Assembly: GCA_036172245.1 (NCBI GenBank)
Contig: JAYWIR010000168.1
Span: 1 to 47,859, forward strand
Origin: Raillietiella orientalis
Taxonomy: Eukaryota
Length of the DNA stretch: 47,859 nt
Direction: 5' to 3'
The notes below the pieces were generated by a model. The model made no database searches, was not told where the DNA came from, and saw only the letters and a program-made list of their open reading frames with translations. Below are positions 13,301-25,965 of this stretch, one piece after another (position 1 is the first letter of the stretch; each line of letters begins with the position of its first letter). The translations under genes were made by a program, and so were the position numbers.

Positions 13301-16300
13301 GCAACTTTTCGAGGTTTGTAATCACTTCGAAGTCAGCAGATTTCACCTTTGCACTTGTGAGCCTCTTCACGAAGCATCAATTTGCAGTGAGTTGCTATTT
13401 CCCGTTATGGAGACCCGCACAACCTTCCAATTTCCTTGGATCAGTAGAACTTTCTGATAAGCCCGAGGTTTCATTAGGGTGGGGCACTTTGGCCTCTGTG
13501 TGGTATTCATGGTAACCAGTGTCGGAGTTAGATAGAGATTGTTTCCTTAAGCTGTCTTTGTTTATGTGTTCCAAATAAGCAAGTTTTTAGAGTTTGTAAG
13601 CACTTCGAAGTAAGCAGATTTCACCTTTGCACTAGTGCGCCTCTTCACGAAGCATCAATTTGCAGTGAGTGGCAATTTCGCGTTATGGAGACCCGCACAA
13701 CCTTCCAAATTCGTTGGTTCAGAACAACTTTCAGATAAGCCCGAAGTTTCATTAGGGTGGGGCACTTTGGCCTCTGTGTGGTATTCATGGTAACCAGTGT
13801 CGGAGTTAGAAAGAGATTGTTTCCTTAAGCTGTCTTTGTTTTTGTGTTCCAAATAAGCAACTTTTTGGAGTTTGTAAACACTTTGAAGACAGCAGATTTC
13901 ACCCTTGCACTTTTGCGACTCTTCACGAAGCATCAATTTGCAGTGAGTGGCAATTTCCCGTTAAGGAGACCCGCACAACCTTCCAATTTCCTTGGTTCAG
14001 AAGAACTTTCTGATAAGCCGGAGGTATCATTAGGGTGGGGCACTTTGGCTTCGGTGTGGTTTTCATGGTAACCAGTGTCGGAGTTAGAAAGAGATTGTTT
14101 CTTTTTTCTGTGATTCATCATGTGTTCCAAAGAAGCAACTTTTTGGTGTTTGTAATCACTTCGAAGAAAGGATATTTCACTCTTGCACTTTTGCGACTCT
14201 TCACAAAGCACCAATTTGCAGTGAGTGGCAATTTCCCGTTATGGAGACCCGCACAACCTTCCAATTTCCTTGGTTCAGAAGCACATTGAGATGAATATCA
14301 AGTGTCCTCAGGGTGTGGCACTTTGGCCTCTGTGTGGTATTCATGGTAACCAGTGTCGGAGTTAGAAAGAGATTGTTTCTTCTAACTCTGATTCCAAATG
14401 TGTTACAAATAAGCAACTTTTTGGGGTTTGTAATCACTTGGAAGTCAGCAGATTTCACCTTTGCACTTGTGTGCCACTTCAAGAAGGATTCTTTTGCAGG
14501 TGGTGTGAATTTCCCGTTATAGACACTGGTACATCCTTGCAATTTCCTTGGTTCAGAAGCACATTGAGATGAGTTTGAAAATTCATTAGGGTGTGGCACT
14601 TTGGCCTCTGCGTGGTATTCATCGTAACCAGTGTCGGAGTTAGAAAGAGATTGTTTCCCTTAGCTCTGATTCATTATGTGTTCCAAATAAGCAACTTTTC
14701 GAGGTTTGTAATCACTTCGAAGTCAGCAGATTTCACCTTTGCACTTGTGCGCCTCTTCACGAAGCATCAATTTGCAGTGAGTGGCAATTTCCCGTTATGG
14801 AGACCCGCACAACCTTCCAATTTCCTTGGTTCAGAAGAACTTTCTGATAAGCCCGAGGTTTCATTAGGGTGGGGCACTTTGGCCTCTGTGTGGTTTTCAT
14901 GGTAACCAGTGTCGGAGTTAGAAAGCGATTGTTTCTTTTAAATCTGATTCATTATGTGTTCCAAATAAGCAACTTTTAGAGGTTTGTAATCACTTCGAAG
15001 ACAGCAGATTTCACCTTTGCACTTGTGCGCCTCTTCACGAAGCATCAATTTGCAGTGAATGGCAATTTCCCGTTATGGAGGCCCGCACAACCTTCCAATT
15101 TCCCTTGTTCAGAAGAACTTTCTGATAAGCCCGAGGTTTCATTAGGGTGGGGCACTTTGGCCTCTGTGTGGTATTCATGGTAACCAGTGTCGGAGTTAGA
15201 AAGAGATTGTTTCCCTTAGCTGTCTTTGTTTATGTGTTCCAAATAACCACTTTTAGAGTTTTGTAAAACACTTCAAAGAAAATCACCCTTGCACTCTGCG
15301 ACTCTTCACGAAACATCAAATAGCGTGGCAACTTCCCGTTATGGAGACCCGCACAACCTTCCAATTTCCTTGGTTCAGAAGCACATTGAGATGAATTTGA
15401 AGTGTCCTCAGGGTGTGGCACTTTGGCCTCTGAGTGGTTTTCATGGTAACCAGTGTCGGAGTTTGAAAGAGATTGTTTCCCTTAGCTCTGATTCATTTTG
15501 TGTTCCAAATAAGCAACTTTTTGGGGTTTGCAATCACTTCGAAGTCAGCAGATTTCACCATTTCACTTTTTGACTGTTCACGAAGCATCAATTTGCTGTG
15601 AGTGCCAATTTCCCGTTATGGAGACCCGCACATCTTTGCAATTTCCTTGGTTCAGAAGCACATTGAGATGAGTTTGAAGTTTTCTCAGGGTGTGGCACTT
15701 TGGCATCTGTGTGGTATTCATGGTAAACAGTGTCGGAGTTTGAAATAGATTGTTTCCCTTAGCTCTGATTCATTATGTGTTCCAAAGAAGCAACTTTTTG
15801 GGGTTTGTAATCACTTCGAAGTCAACAGACTTCACCATTGCACTTTTGCGCCTCTTCGCGAAGCATCCATTTGCAGTTCGTGGCAATTTCCCGTTATGGA
15901 GACCCGCACATCCTTGCAATTTGCTTGGTTCAGAAGCACATTGAGATGAATTTGAAGTGTCCTCAGGGTGTGGCACTTTGGCCTCTGTGTGGTATTCATG
16001 GTAACCAGTGTCGGAGTTAGAAAGAGATTGTTTCTTTTAACTCTGATTCATTATGTGTTCCAAATAAGCAACTTTGTGGGGTTTGTAAACACATCGAAGT
16101 CAGCAGATTTCACCATTGCACTTTTGCGCCACTTCGCGAGACATCCATTTGCAGTTGGTGGCAATTTCCCGTTATGGAGACCCGCACATCCTTGCAATTT
16201 CCTTGGTTCAGAAGCACATTGAGATGAATTTGAAGTGTCCTCAGGGTGTGGCACTTTGGCCTCTGTGTGGTATTCATGGTAACAAGTGTCGGAGTTAGAA

Positions 16301-19298
16301 AGAGATTGTTTTCCTTAGCTGTGATTCATTATGTGTTCCAAATAAGCAACTTTTTGAGGTTTGTAATCACTTCGAAGTCAGCAGATTTCACCTTTGCACT
16401 TTTGCGCCTCTTCACGTAGCATCAATTTGCAGTGAGTGGCAATTTCACGTTATGGAGACCCGCACAACCTTCCAATTTCGTTCGTTCAGAAGGACTTTCA
16501 GACAAGCCCGAGGTTTCATTAGGGTGGGGCACTTTGGCCTCTGTGTGGTATTCATGGTAACCAGTGTCGGAGTTAGAAAGAGATTGTTTCCCTTAGCTCT
16601 GATTCATTATGTGTTCCAAATAAGCAACTTTTGGAGGTTTGTAATCACTTCGAAGACAGCAGATTTCACCTTTGCACTTGTGCGCCTCTTCACGAAGCAT
16701 CAATTTGCAGTGAATGGCAATTTCCCGTTATGGAGGCCCGCACAACCTTCCAATTTCCTTGGTTCAGAAGAACTTTCTGATAAGCCCGAGGTTTCATTAG
16801 GGTGGGGCACTTTGGCCTCTGTGTGGTATTCATGGTAACCAGTGTCGGAGTTAGAAAGAGATTGTTTCCCTTAGCTGTCTTTGTTTATGTGTTCCAAATA
16901 ACCAACTTTTTAGAGTTGGTAAACACTTTGGAGACAGCAGATTTCACACTTGCACTTTTGCGACTCTTCACGAAGCATCAATTTGCAGTTGGTGGCAATT
17001 TCCCGTTATGGACACCCGCAAATCCTTGGAATTTCCTTGGTTCAGAAGCACATTGAGATGAATTTGAAGTGTCCTCAGGGTGTTGCAGTTTGACCTCTGT
17101 GTGGTATTCATGGTAACCAGTGTCGGAGTTTGAAAGAGATTGTTTCCCTTAGCTCTGATTCATTATGTGTTCCAAATAAGCAACTTTTTGGGGTTTGCAA
17201 TCACTTCTAAGTCAGCAGATTTCACCATTTCACTTTTTGACTGTTCACGAAGCATCAATTTGCAGTGAGTGCCAATTTCCCGTTATGGAGACCCGCACAT
17301 CTTTGCAATTTCCTTGGTTCAGAAGCACATTGAGATGAGTTTGAAGTTTCCTCAGGGTGTGGCACTTTGGCATCTGTGTGGTATTCATGGTAAACAGTGT
17401 CGGAGTTTGAAAGAGATTGTTTCCCTTAGCTCTGATTCATTATGTGTTCCAAATAAGCAACTTTTTGGGGTTTGCAATCACTTCGAAGTCAGCAGATTTC
17501 ACCATTTCACTTTTTGACTCTTCACGAAGCATCAATTTGCAGTGAGTGCCAATTTCCCGTTATAGAGACCCGCACATCCTTGCAATTTGCTTGGTTCAGA
17601 AGCACATTGAGATGAATTTGAAGTGTCCTCAGGGTGTGGCACTTTGGCCTCTGTGTGGTATTCATGGTAACCAGTGTCGGAGTTAGAAAGAGATTGTTTC
17701 CCTTAGCTCTGATTCAGAATATGTTCCAAATAAGCAACTTTTTGGGGTTTGTAATCACATCGAAGTCAGCAGACTTCACCATTGCACTTTTGCGCCTCTT
17801 CACGAATCATCAATTTGCAGTGAGTGCCAATTTCCCGTTATGGAGACCCGCACAACCTTGCAATTTCCTTGGTTCAGAAGTATAAAAGATGAATTTGAAG
17901 TGTCCTCAGGGTGTGGCACTTTGGCCTCTGTGTGGTATTCATGGTAACCAGTGTCGGGGTTAGAAAGAGATTGTTTCCCTTAGCTCTGATTCAGAATATG
18001 TTCCAAATAAGCAACTTTTTGGGGTTTGTAATCACTTCGAAGTCAGCAGATTTCACCATTGCACTTTTGCGCCTCTTCACGAAGCATCAATTTGCAGTGA
18101 GTGGCAATTTCCCGTTATGGAGACCCGCACAACCTTCCAATTTCCTTGGTTCAGAAGCACATTGAGATGAATTTGAAGTGTCCTCAGGGTGTATCACTTT
18201 GGCCTCTGTGTGGTATTCATGGTAACCAGTGTCGGAGTTAGAAAGAGATTGTTTCCCTTAGCTCTGATTCATTATGTGTTCCAAATAAGCAACCTTTTGG
18301 TGTTTGTAATCACTTCGAAGTCAGCAGATTTCACCTTTGCACTTGTGCGCCTCTTCACGAAGCATCAATTTGCAGTGAGTGGCAATTTCCCGTTATGGAG
18401 ACCCGCACAACCTTCCAATTTGCTTGGTTCAGAAGAACTTTCTGATAAGCCCGAGGTTTCATTAGGGTGGGGCACTTTGGCCTCTGTGTGGTATTCATGG
18501 TAACCAGTGTCGGAGTTAGAAAGAGATTGTTTCTTTTAACTCTGATTCATTATGTGTTCCAAATAAGCAACTTTTTGGGGTTTGTAAACACATCGAAGTC
18601 AGCAGATTTCACCATTGCACCTTTGCGCCTCTTCGCGAAACATCCATTTGCAGTTGGTGGCAATTTCCCGTTATGGAGACCCGCACATCCTTGCAATTTC
18701 CTTGGTTCAGAAGCACATTGAGATGAATTTGAAGTGTCCTCAGGGTGTGGCACTTTGGCCTCTGTGTGGTATTCATGGTAACCAGTGTCGGAGTTAGAAA
18801 GAGATTGTTTCCCTTAGCTCTGATTCATTATGTGTTCCAAATAAGCAACTTTGGAGTTTGTAAACACTTCGAAGAGAGCAGATTTCACCTTTGCACTTGT
18901 GCGCCTCTTCACGAAGCATCAATTTGCAGTGAGTGGCAATTTCCCGTTATGGAGACCCGCACATCCTTGCAATTTGCTTGGTTCAGAAGCACATTGAGAT
19001 GAATTTGAAGTGTCCTCAGGGTGTGGCACTTTGGCCTCTGTGTGGTATTCATGGTAACCAGTGTCGGAGTTAGAAAGAGATTGTTTCTTTGAACTCTGAT
19101 TCATTATGTGTTCCAAATAAGCAACTTTGTGGGGTTTGTAAACACATCGAAGTCAGCAGATTTCACCATTGCACTTTTGCGCCACTTCGCGAGACATCCA
19201 TTTGCAGTTGGTGGCAATTTCCCGTTATGGAGACGCGAAAATCCTTGCAATCTCCTTGGTTCAGAAGCACATTGAGATGAATTTGAAGTGTCCTCAGG

Positions 19299-20410
19299 GT
19301 GTGGCACTTTGGACTCTGTGTGGTATCCATGGTAACCAGTGTCGGAGTTAGAAAGAGATTGTTTCTTTTAACTCTGATCCATTATGTGTTCCAAATAAGC
19401 AACTTTTTGGGGTTCGTATTCACTTCGAAGTCAGCAGACTTCACCGTTGCACTTTTGCGCCTCTTCACGAATCATCAATTTGCAGTGAGTGCCAATTTCC
19501 CGTTATGGAGACCCGCACAACCTTCCAATTTCCTTGGTTCAGAAGAACTTTCAGATAATTTCGAAGTTTCATTAGGATTGGGCACTTTGGACTCTGTGTG
19601 GTATTCATGGTAATTAGTGTCGGAGTTAGAAAGAGATTGATTCCTTTGGCTGTCTTTGTTTATGTGTTCCACATAAGCAACTTTTTGGAGTTTGTAAACA
19701 CTTCGAAGACAGCAGATTTCACCTTTGCACTTGTGCGACTCTTCACGAATCATCAATTTGCAGTGAGTGCCAATTTCCCGTTATAGAGACCCGCACAACC
19801 TTGCAATTTCCTTGGTTCAGAAGCACATTATGATGACTTTGAAGTGTCCTCTGGGTGTGGCACTTTGGCCTCTGTGTGGTATTCATGGTAACAAGTGTCG
19901 GAGTTAGAAAGAGATTGTTTCCCTTAGCTGTGATTCATTATGTGTTCCAAATAAGCAACTTTTTGAGGTTTGTAATCACTTCGAAGTCAGCAGATTTCAC
20001 CTTTGCACTTTTGCGCTTCTTCACGAAGCATCAATTTGTAGTGAGTGGCAATTTCATGTTATGGAGACCCGCACAACCTTCCAATTTCCTTGGTTCAGAA
20101 GAACTTTCAGATAATTTCGAAGTTTCATTAGGATTGGGCACTTTGGACTCTGTGTGGTATTCATGGTAATTAGTGTCGGAGTTAGAAAGAGATTGTTTCC
20201 TTTGGCTGTCTTTGTTTATGTGTTCCACATAAGCAACTTTTTGGAGTTTGTAAACACTTCGAAGACAGCAGATTTCACCTTTGCACTTGTGCGACTCTTC
20301 ACGAATCATCAATTTGCAGTGAGTGCCAATTTCCCGTTATAGAGACCCGCACATCCTTGCAATTTCCTTGGATCAGAACCACATTGAGATGAATTTGAAG
20401 TGTCCTCAGG
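19299..20410. repeat. Local dimer (556 bp) duplication
   Basis: The unique variant cagataatttcgaagtttcattaggattgggcactttggactc...ggtaattagtg...ttccacataagc occurs at ~19552 and ~20109, an offset of 556 by ORF coordinates (19598/20154). Confidence 0.85.
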
Positions 20411-20688
20411 GTGTATCACTTTGGCCTCTGTGTGGTATTCATGGTAACCAGTGTCGGAGTTAGAAAGAGATTGTTTCCCTTAGCTGTGATTCATTATGTG
20501 TTCCAAATAAGCAACTTTTTCAGGTTTGTAATCACTTCGAAGTCAGCAGATTTCACCTTTGCACTTTTGCGCCTCTTCACGAAGCATCAATTTGCAGTGA
20601 GTGGCAATTTCACGTTATGGAGACCCGTACAACCTTGCAATTTCCTTGGTTCAGAAGCACATTGAGATGAATTTGAAGTGTCCTCAGG

Positions 20689-23600
20689 GTGTATCACTTT
20701 GGCCTCTGTGTGGTATTCATGGTAACCAGTGTCGGAGTTAGAAAGAGATTGTTTCCCTTAGCTCTGATTCATTATGTGTTCCAAATAAGCAACTTTTTGG
20801 TGTTTGTAATCACTTCGAAGTCAGCAGATTTCACCTTTGCACTTGTGCGCCTCTTCACGAAGCATCAATTTGCAGTGAGTGGCAATTTCCCGTTATGGAG
20901 ACCCGCACAACCTTCCAATTTGCTTGGTTCAGAAGAACTTTCTGATAAGCCCGAGGTTTCATTAGGTTGGGGCACTTTGGCCTCTGTGTGGTATTCATGG
21001 TAACCAGTGTCGGAGTTAGAAAGAGATTGTTTCCCTTAGCTCTGATTCAGAATATGTTCCAAATAAGCAACTTTTTGGGGTTTGTAATCACATCGAAGTC
21101 AGCAGACTTCACCATTGCACTTTTGCGCCTCTTCGCGAAGCATCCATTTGCAGTTGGTGGCAATTTCCCGTTATGGAGACCCGCACATCCTTGCAATTTC
21201 CTTGGTTCAGAAGCACATTGAGATGAATTTGAAGTGTCCTCAGGGTGTGGCACTTTGGCCTCTGTGTGGTATTCATGGTAACCAGTGTCGGAGTTAGAAA
21301 GAGATTGTTTCCCTTAGCTCTGATTCAATATGTGTTCCAAATAAGCATTTTGGTGTTTGTAATCACTTCGAAGTCAGCAGATTTAACCTTTGCACTTGTG
21401 CGCCTCTTCACGAAGCATCAATTTGCAGTGACTGGCAATTTCCCGTTATGGAGACCCGCACATCCTTCCAATTTCCTTGGTTCAGAAAAACTGTTTGATA
21501 AGCCCGAGGTTTCACTAGGTTGGGGCACTTTGGACTCAGTGTGGTATTCATGCTAACCAGTGTAGGAGATAGAAAGAGATTGTTTCCCTTAGCTCTGATT
21601 CATTATGTGTTCCAAATAAGCAACTTTTTGAGGTTTGTAATCACTTCGATGTCAGCAGATTTCACCTTTGCACTTGTGCCCCTCTTCACGAAGCATCAAT
21701 TTGCAGTGAGTGGCAATTTCCCGTTATGGAGGCCCGCACAACCTTCCAATTTCCTTGGTTCAGAAGAACTTTCTGATAAGCCCGAGGTTTTATTAGGGTG
21801 TGGCACTTTGGCCTCTGTGTGGTATTCATGGTAACCAGTGTCGGAGTTAGAAAGAGATTGTTTCCCTTAGCTCAGATTCAGAATATGTTCCAAATAAGCA
21901 ACTTTTTGGGGTTTGTAATCACTTCGAAGTCAGCAGACTTCACCATTGCACTTTTGCGCCTCTTCGCGAAGCATCCATTTGCAGTTGGTGGCAATTTCCC
22001 GTTATGGAGACCCGCACATCCTTGCAATTTCCTTGGTTCAGAAGTATAAAAGATGAATTTGAAGTGTCCTCAGGGTGTGGCACTTTGGCCTCTGTGTGGT
22101 ATTCATGGTAACCAGTGTCGGAGTTAGAAAGAGATTGTTTCCCTTAGCTGTGATTCATTATGTGTTCCAAATAAGCAACTTTGAGAGGTTTGTAATCACT
22201 TCGAAGTCAGCAGATTTCACCTTTGCACTTTTGCGCCTCTTCACTAAGCATCAATTTGCAGTAAGTGGCAATTTCCCGTTATGGAGACCCGCACAAACTT
22301 CCAATTTCGTTGGTTCAGAAGAACTTTCAGATAAGCCCGGAGTTTCATTAGGATGGGGCACTTTGGCCTCTGTGTGGTATTCATGGTAACCAGTGTCGGA
22401 GATAGAAAGAGATTGTTTCCCTTAGCTCTGATTCATTATGTGTTCCAAATAAGCAACTTTGAGAGGTTTGTAATCAGTTCGAAGTCAGCAGATTTCACCT
22501 TTGCACTTTTGCGCCTCTTCACGAAGCATCAATTTGCAGTGTGTGCCAATTTCCCGTTATGGAGACCCGCACAACCTTGCAATTTCCTTGGTTCAGAAGC
22601 ACATTGAGATGAATTTGAAGTGTCCTCAGGGTGTATCACTTTGGCCTCTGTGTGGTATTCATGGTAACCAGTGTCGGAGTTAGAAAGAGATTGTTTCCCT
22701 TAGCTCTGATTCATTATGTGTTCCAAATAAGCAACTTTTTGGTGTTTGTAATCACTTCGAAGTCAGCAGATTTCACCTTTGCACTTGTGCGCCTCTTCAC
22801 GAAGCATCAATTTGCAGTGAGTGGCAATTTCCCGTTATGGAGACACGCACAACCTTCCAATTTGCTTGGTTCAGAAGAACTTTCTGATAAGCCCGAGGTT
22901 TCATTAGGTTGGGGCACTTTGGACTCTGTGTGGTATTCATGGTAACCAGTGTCGGAGTTAGAAAGAGATTGTTTCTTTTAACTCTGATTCATTATGTGTT
23001 CCAAATAAGCAACTTTTTGGGGTTTGTAAGCACATCGAAGTCAGCAGATTTCACCATTGCACTTTTGCGCCACTTCGCGAGACATCCATTTGCAGTTGGT
23101 GGCAATTTCCCGTTATGGAGACCCGCAAATCCTTGCAATTTCCTTGGTTCAGAAGCACATTGAGATGAATTTGAAGTGTCCTCAGGGTGTGGCACTTTGG
23201 CCTCTGTGTGGTATTCATGGTAACCAGTGTCGGAGTTAGAAAGAGATGGTTTCCCTTAGCTGTGATTCAATATGTGTTCCAAATAAGCAACGTTTTGGTG
23301 TTTGTAATCACTTCGAAGTCAGCAGATTTAACCTTTGCACTTGTGCGCCTCTTCACGAAGCATCAATTTGCAGTGACTGGCAATTTCCCGTTATGGAGAC
23401 CCGCACATCCTTCCAATTTCCTTGGTTCAGAAAAACTGTTTGATAAGCCCGAGGTTTCACTAGGTTGGGGCACTTTGGACTCAGTGTGGTATTCATGCTA
23501 ACCAGTGTAGGAGATAGAAAGAGATTGTTTCCCTTAGCTCTGATTCATTATGTGTTCCAAATAAGCAACTTTTTGAGGTTTGTAATCACTTCGAAGTCAG

Positions 23601-25965
23601 CAGATTTCACCTTTGCACTTGTGCGCCTCTTCACGAAGCATCAATTTGCAGTGAGTGGCAATTTCCCGTTATGGAGGCCCGCACAACCTTCCAATTTCCT
23701 TGGTTCAGAAGAACTTTCTGATAAGCCCGAGGTTTTATTAGGGTGGGGCACTTTGGCCTCTGTGTGGTATTCATGGTAACCAGTGTCGGAGATAGAAAGA
23801 GATTGTTTCCCTTAGCTCTGATTCAGAATATGTTCCAAATAAGCAACTTTTTGGGGTTTGTAATCACTTCGAAGTCAGCAGACTTCACCATTGCACTTTT
23901 GCGCCTCTTCACGAAGCATCAATTTGCAGTGAGTGCCAATTTCCCGTTATGGAGACCCGCACAACCTTCCAATTTCCTTGGTTCAGAAGCACATTGAGAT
24001 GAATTTGAAGTGTCCTCAGGGTGTGGCACTTTGGCCTCTGTGTGGTATTCATGGTAACCAGTGTCGGAGTTAGAAAGAGATTGTTTCCCTTAGCTCTGAT
24101 TCATTATGTGTTCCAAATAAGCAACTTTGAGAGGTTTGTAATCACTTCGAAGTCAGCAGATTTCACCTTTGCACTTTTGCGCCTCTTCACTAAGCATCAA
24201 TTTGCAGTAAGTGGCAATTTCCCGTTATGGAGACCCGCACAAACTTCCAATTTCGTTGGTTCAGAAGAACTTTCAGATAAGCCCGGAGTTTCATTAGGAT
24301 GGGGCACTTTGGCCTCTGTGTGGTATTCATGGTAACCAGTGTCGGAGATAGAAAGAGATTGTTTCCCTTAGCTCTGATTCATTATGTGTTCCAAATAAGC
24401 AACTTTGAGAGGTTTGTAATCAGTTCGAAGTCAGCAGATTTCACCTTTGCACTTTTGCGCCTCTTCACGAAGCATCAATTTGCAGTGTGTGCCAATTTCC
24501 CGTTATGGAGACCCGCACAACCTTGCAATTTCCTTGGTTCAGAAGCACATTGAGATGAATTTGAAGTGTCCTCAGGGTGTATCACTTTGGCCTCTGTGTG
24601 GTATTCATGGTAACCAGTGTCGGAGTTAGAAAGAGATTGTTTCCCTTAGCTCTGATTCATTATGTGTTCCAAATAAGCAACTTTTTGGGGTTTGTAATCA
24701 CTTCGAAGTCAGCAGATTTCACCATTGCACTTTTGCGCCTCTTCACGAAGCATCAAATTGCAGTGAGTGGCAATTTCCCGTTATGGAGACCCGCACATCC
24801 TTGCAATTTGCTTGGTTCAGAAGCACATTGAGATGAGTTTGAAGTGTCCTCAGGGTGTGGCACTTTGGCCTCTGTGTGGTATTCATGGTAACCAGTGTCG
24901 GAGTTAGAAAGAGATTGTTTCTTTTAACTCTGATTCATTATGTGTTCCAAATAAGCAACTTTTTGGGGTTTGTAATCACATCGAAGTCAGCAGACTTCAC
25001 CATTGCACTTTTGCGCCTCTTCGCGAAGCATCCATTTGCAGTTGGTGGCAATTTCCCGTTATGGAGACCCGCACATCCTTGCAATTTCCTTGGTTCAGAA
25101 GCACATTGAGATGAATTTGAAGTGTCCTCAGGGTGTGGCACTTTGGCCTCTGTGTGGTATTCATGGTAACCAGTGTCGGAGTTAGAAAGAGATTGTTTCC
25201 TTAGCTGTGATTCAATATGTGTTCCAAATAAGCAACGTTTTGGTGTTTGTAATCACTTCGAAGTCAGCAGATTTAACCTTTGCACTTGTGCGCCTCTTCA
25301 CGAAGCATCAATTTGCAGTGACTGGCAATTTCCCGTTATGGAGACCCGCACATCCTTCCAATTTCCTTGGTTCAGAAAAACTGTTTGATAAGCCCGAGGT
25401 TTCACTAGGTTGGGGCACTTTGGACTCAGTGTGGTATTCATGCTAACCAGTGTAGGAGATAGAAAGAGATTGTTTCCCTTAGCTCTGATTCATTATGTGT
25501 TCCAAATAAGCAACTTTTTGAGGTTTGTAATCACTTCGAAGTCAGCAGATTTCACCTTTGCACTTGTGCGCCTCTTCACGAAGCATCAATTTGCAGTGAG
25601 TGGCAATTTCCCGTTATGGAGGCCCGCACAACCTTCCAATTTCCTTGGTTCAGAAGAACTTTCTGATAAGCCCGAGGTTTTATTAGGGTGGGGCACTTTG
25701 GCCTCTGTGTGGTATTCATGGTAACCAGTGTCGGAGATAGAAAGAGATTGTTTCCCTTAGCTCTGATTCATTATGTGTTCCAAATAAGCAACTTTTTGGG
25801 GTTAGTATTCCCTTCGAAGTCAGCAGACTTCTCCATTGCACTTTTGCGCCTCATCACGAATCATCAATTTGCAGTGAGTGCCAATTTCCCGTTATGGAGA
25901 CCCGCACATCCTTGCAATTTCCTTGGTTCAGAAGCACATTAAGATGAATTTGAAGTGTCCTCAGG
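20689..25965. repeat. Local 7-monomer higher-order repeat (~1945 bp period, ~2.7 copies)
   Basis: The marker ttcagaaaaactgtttgata...tcactaggttggggcactttggactcagtgtggtattcatgctaaccagtgtaggagat occurs at 21481, 23426 and 25371 (offsets of 1945). Monomers 22075/24021 and 22353/24299 match at an offset of 1946 = 7x278. Confidence 0.88.
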
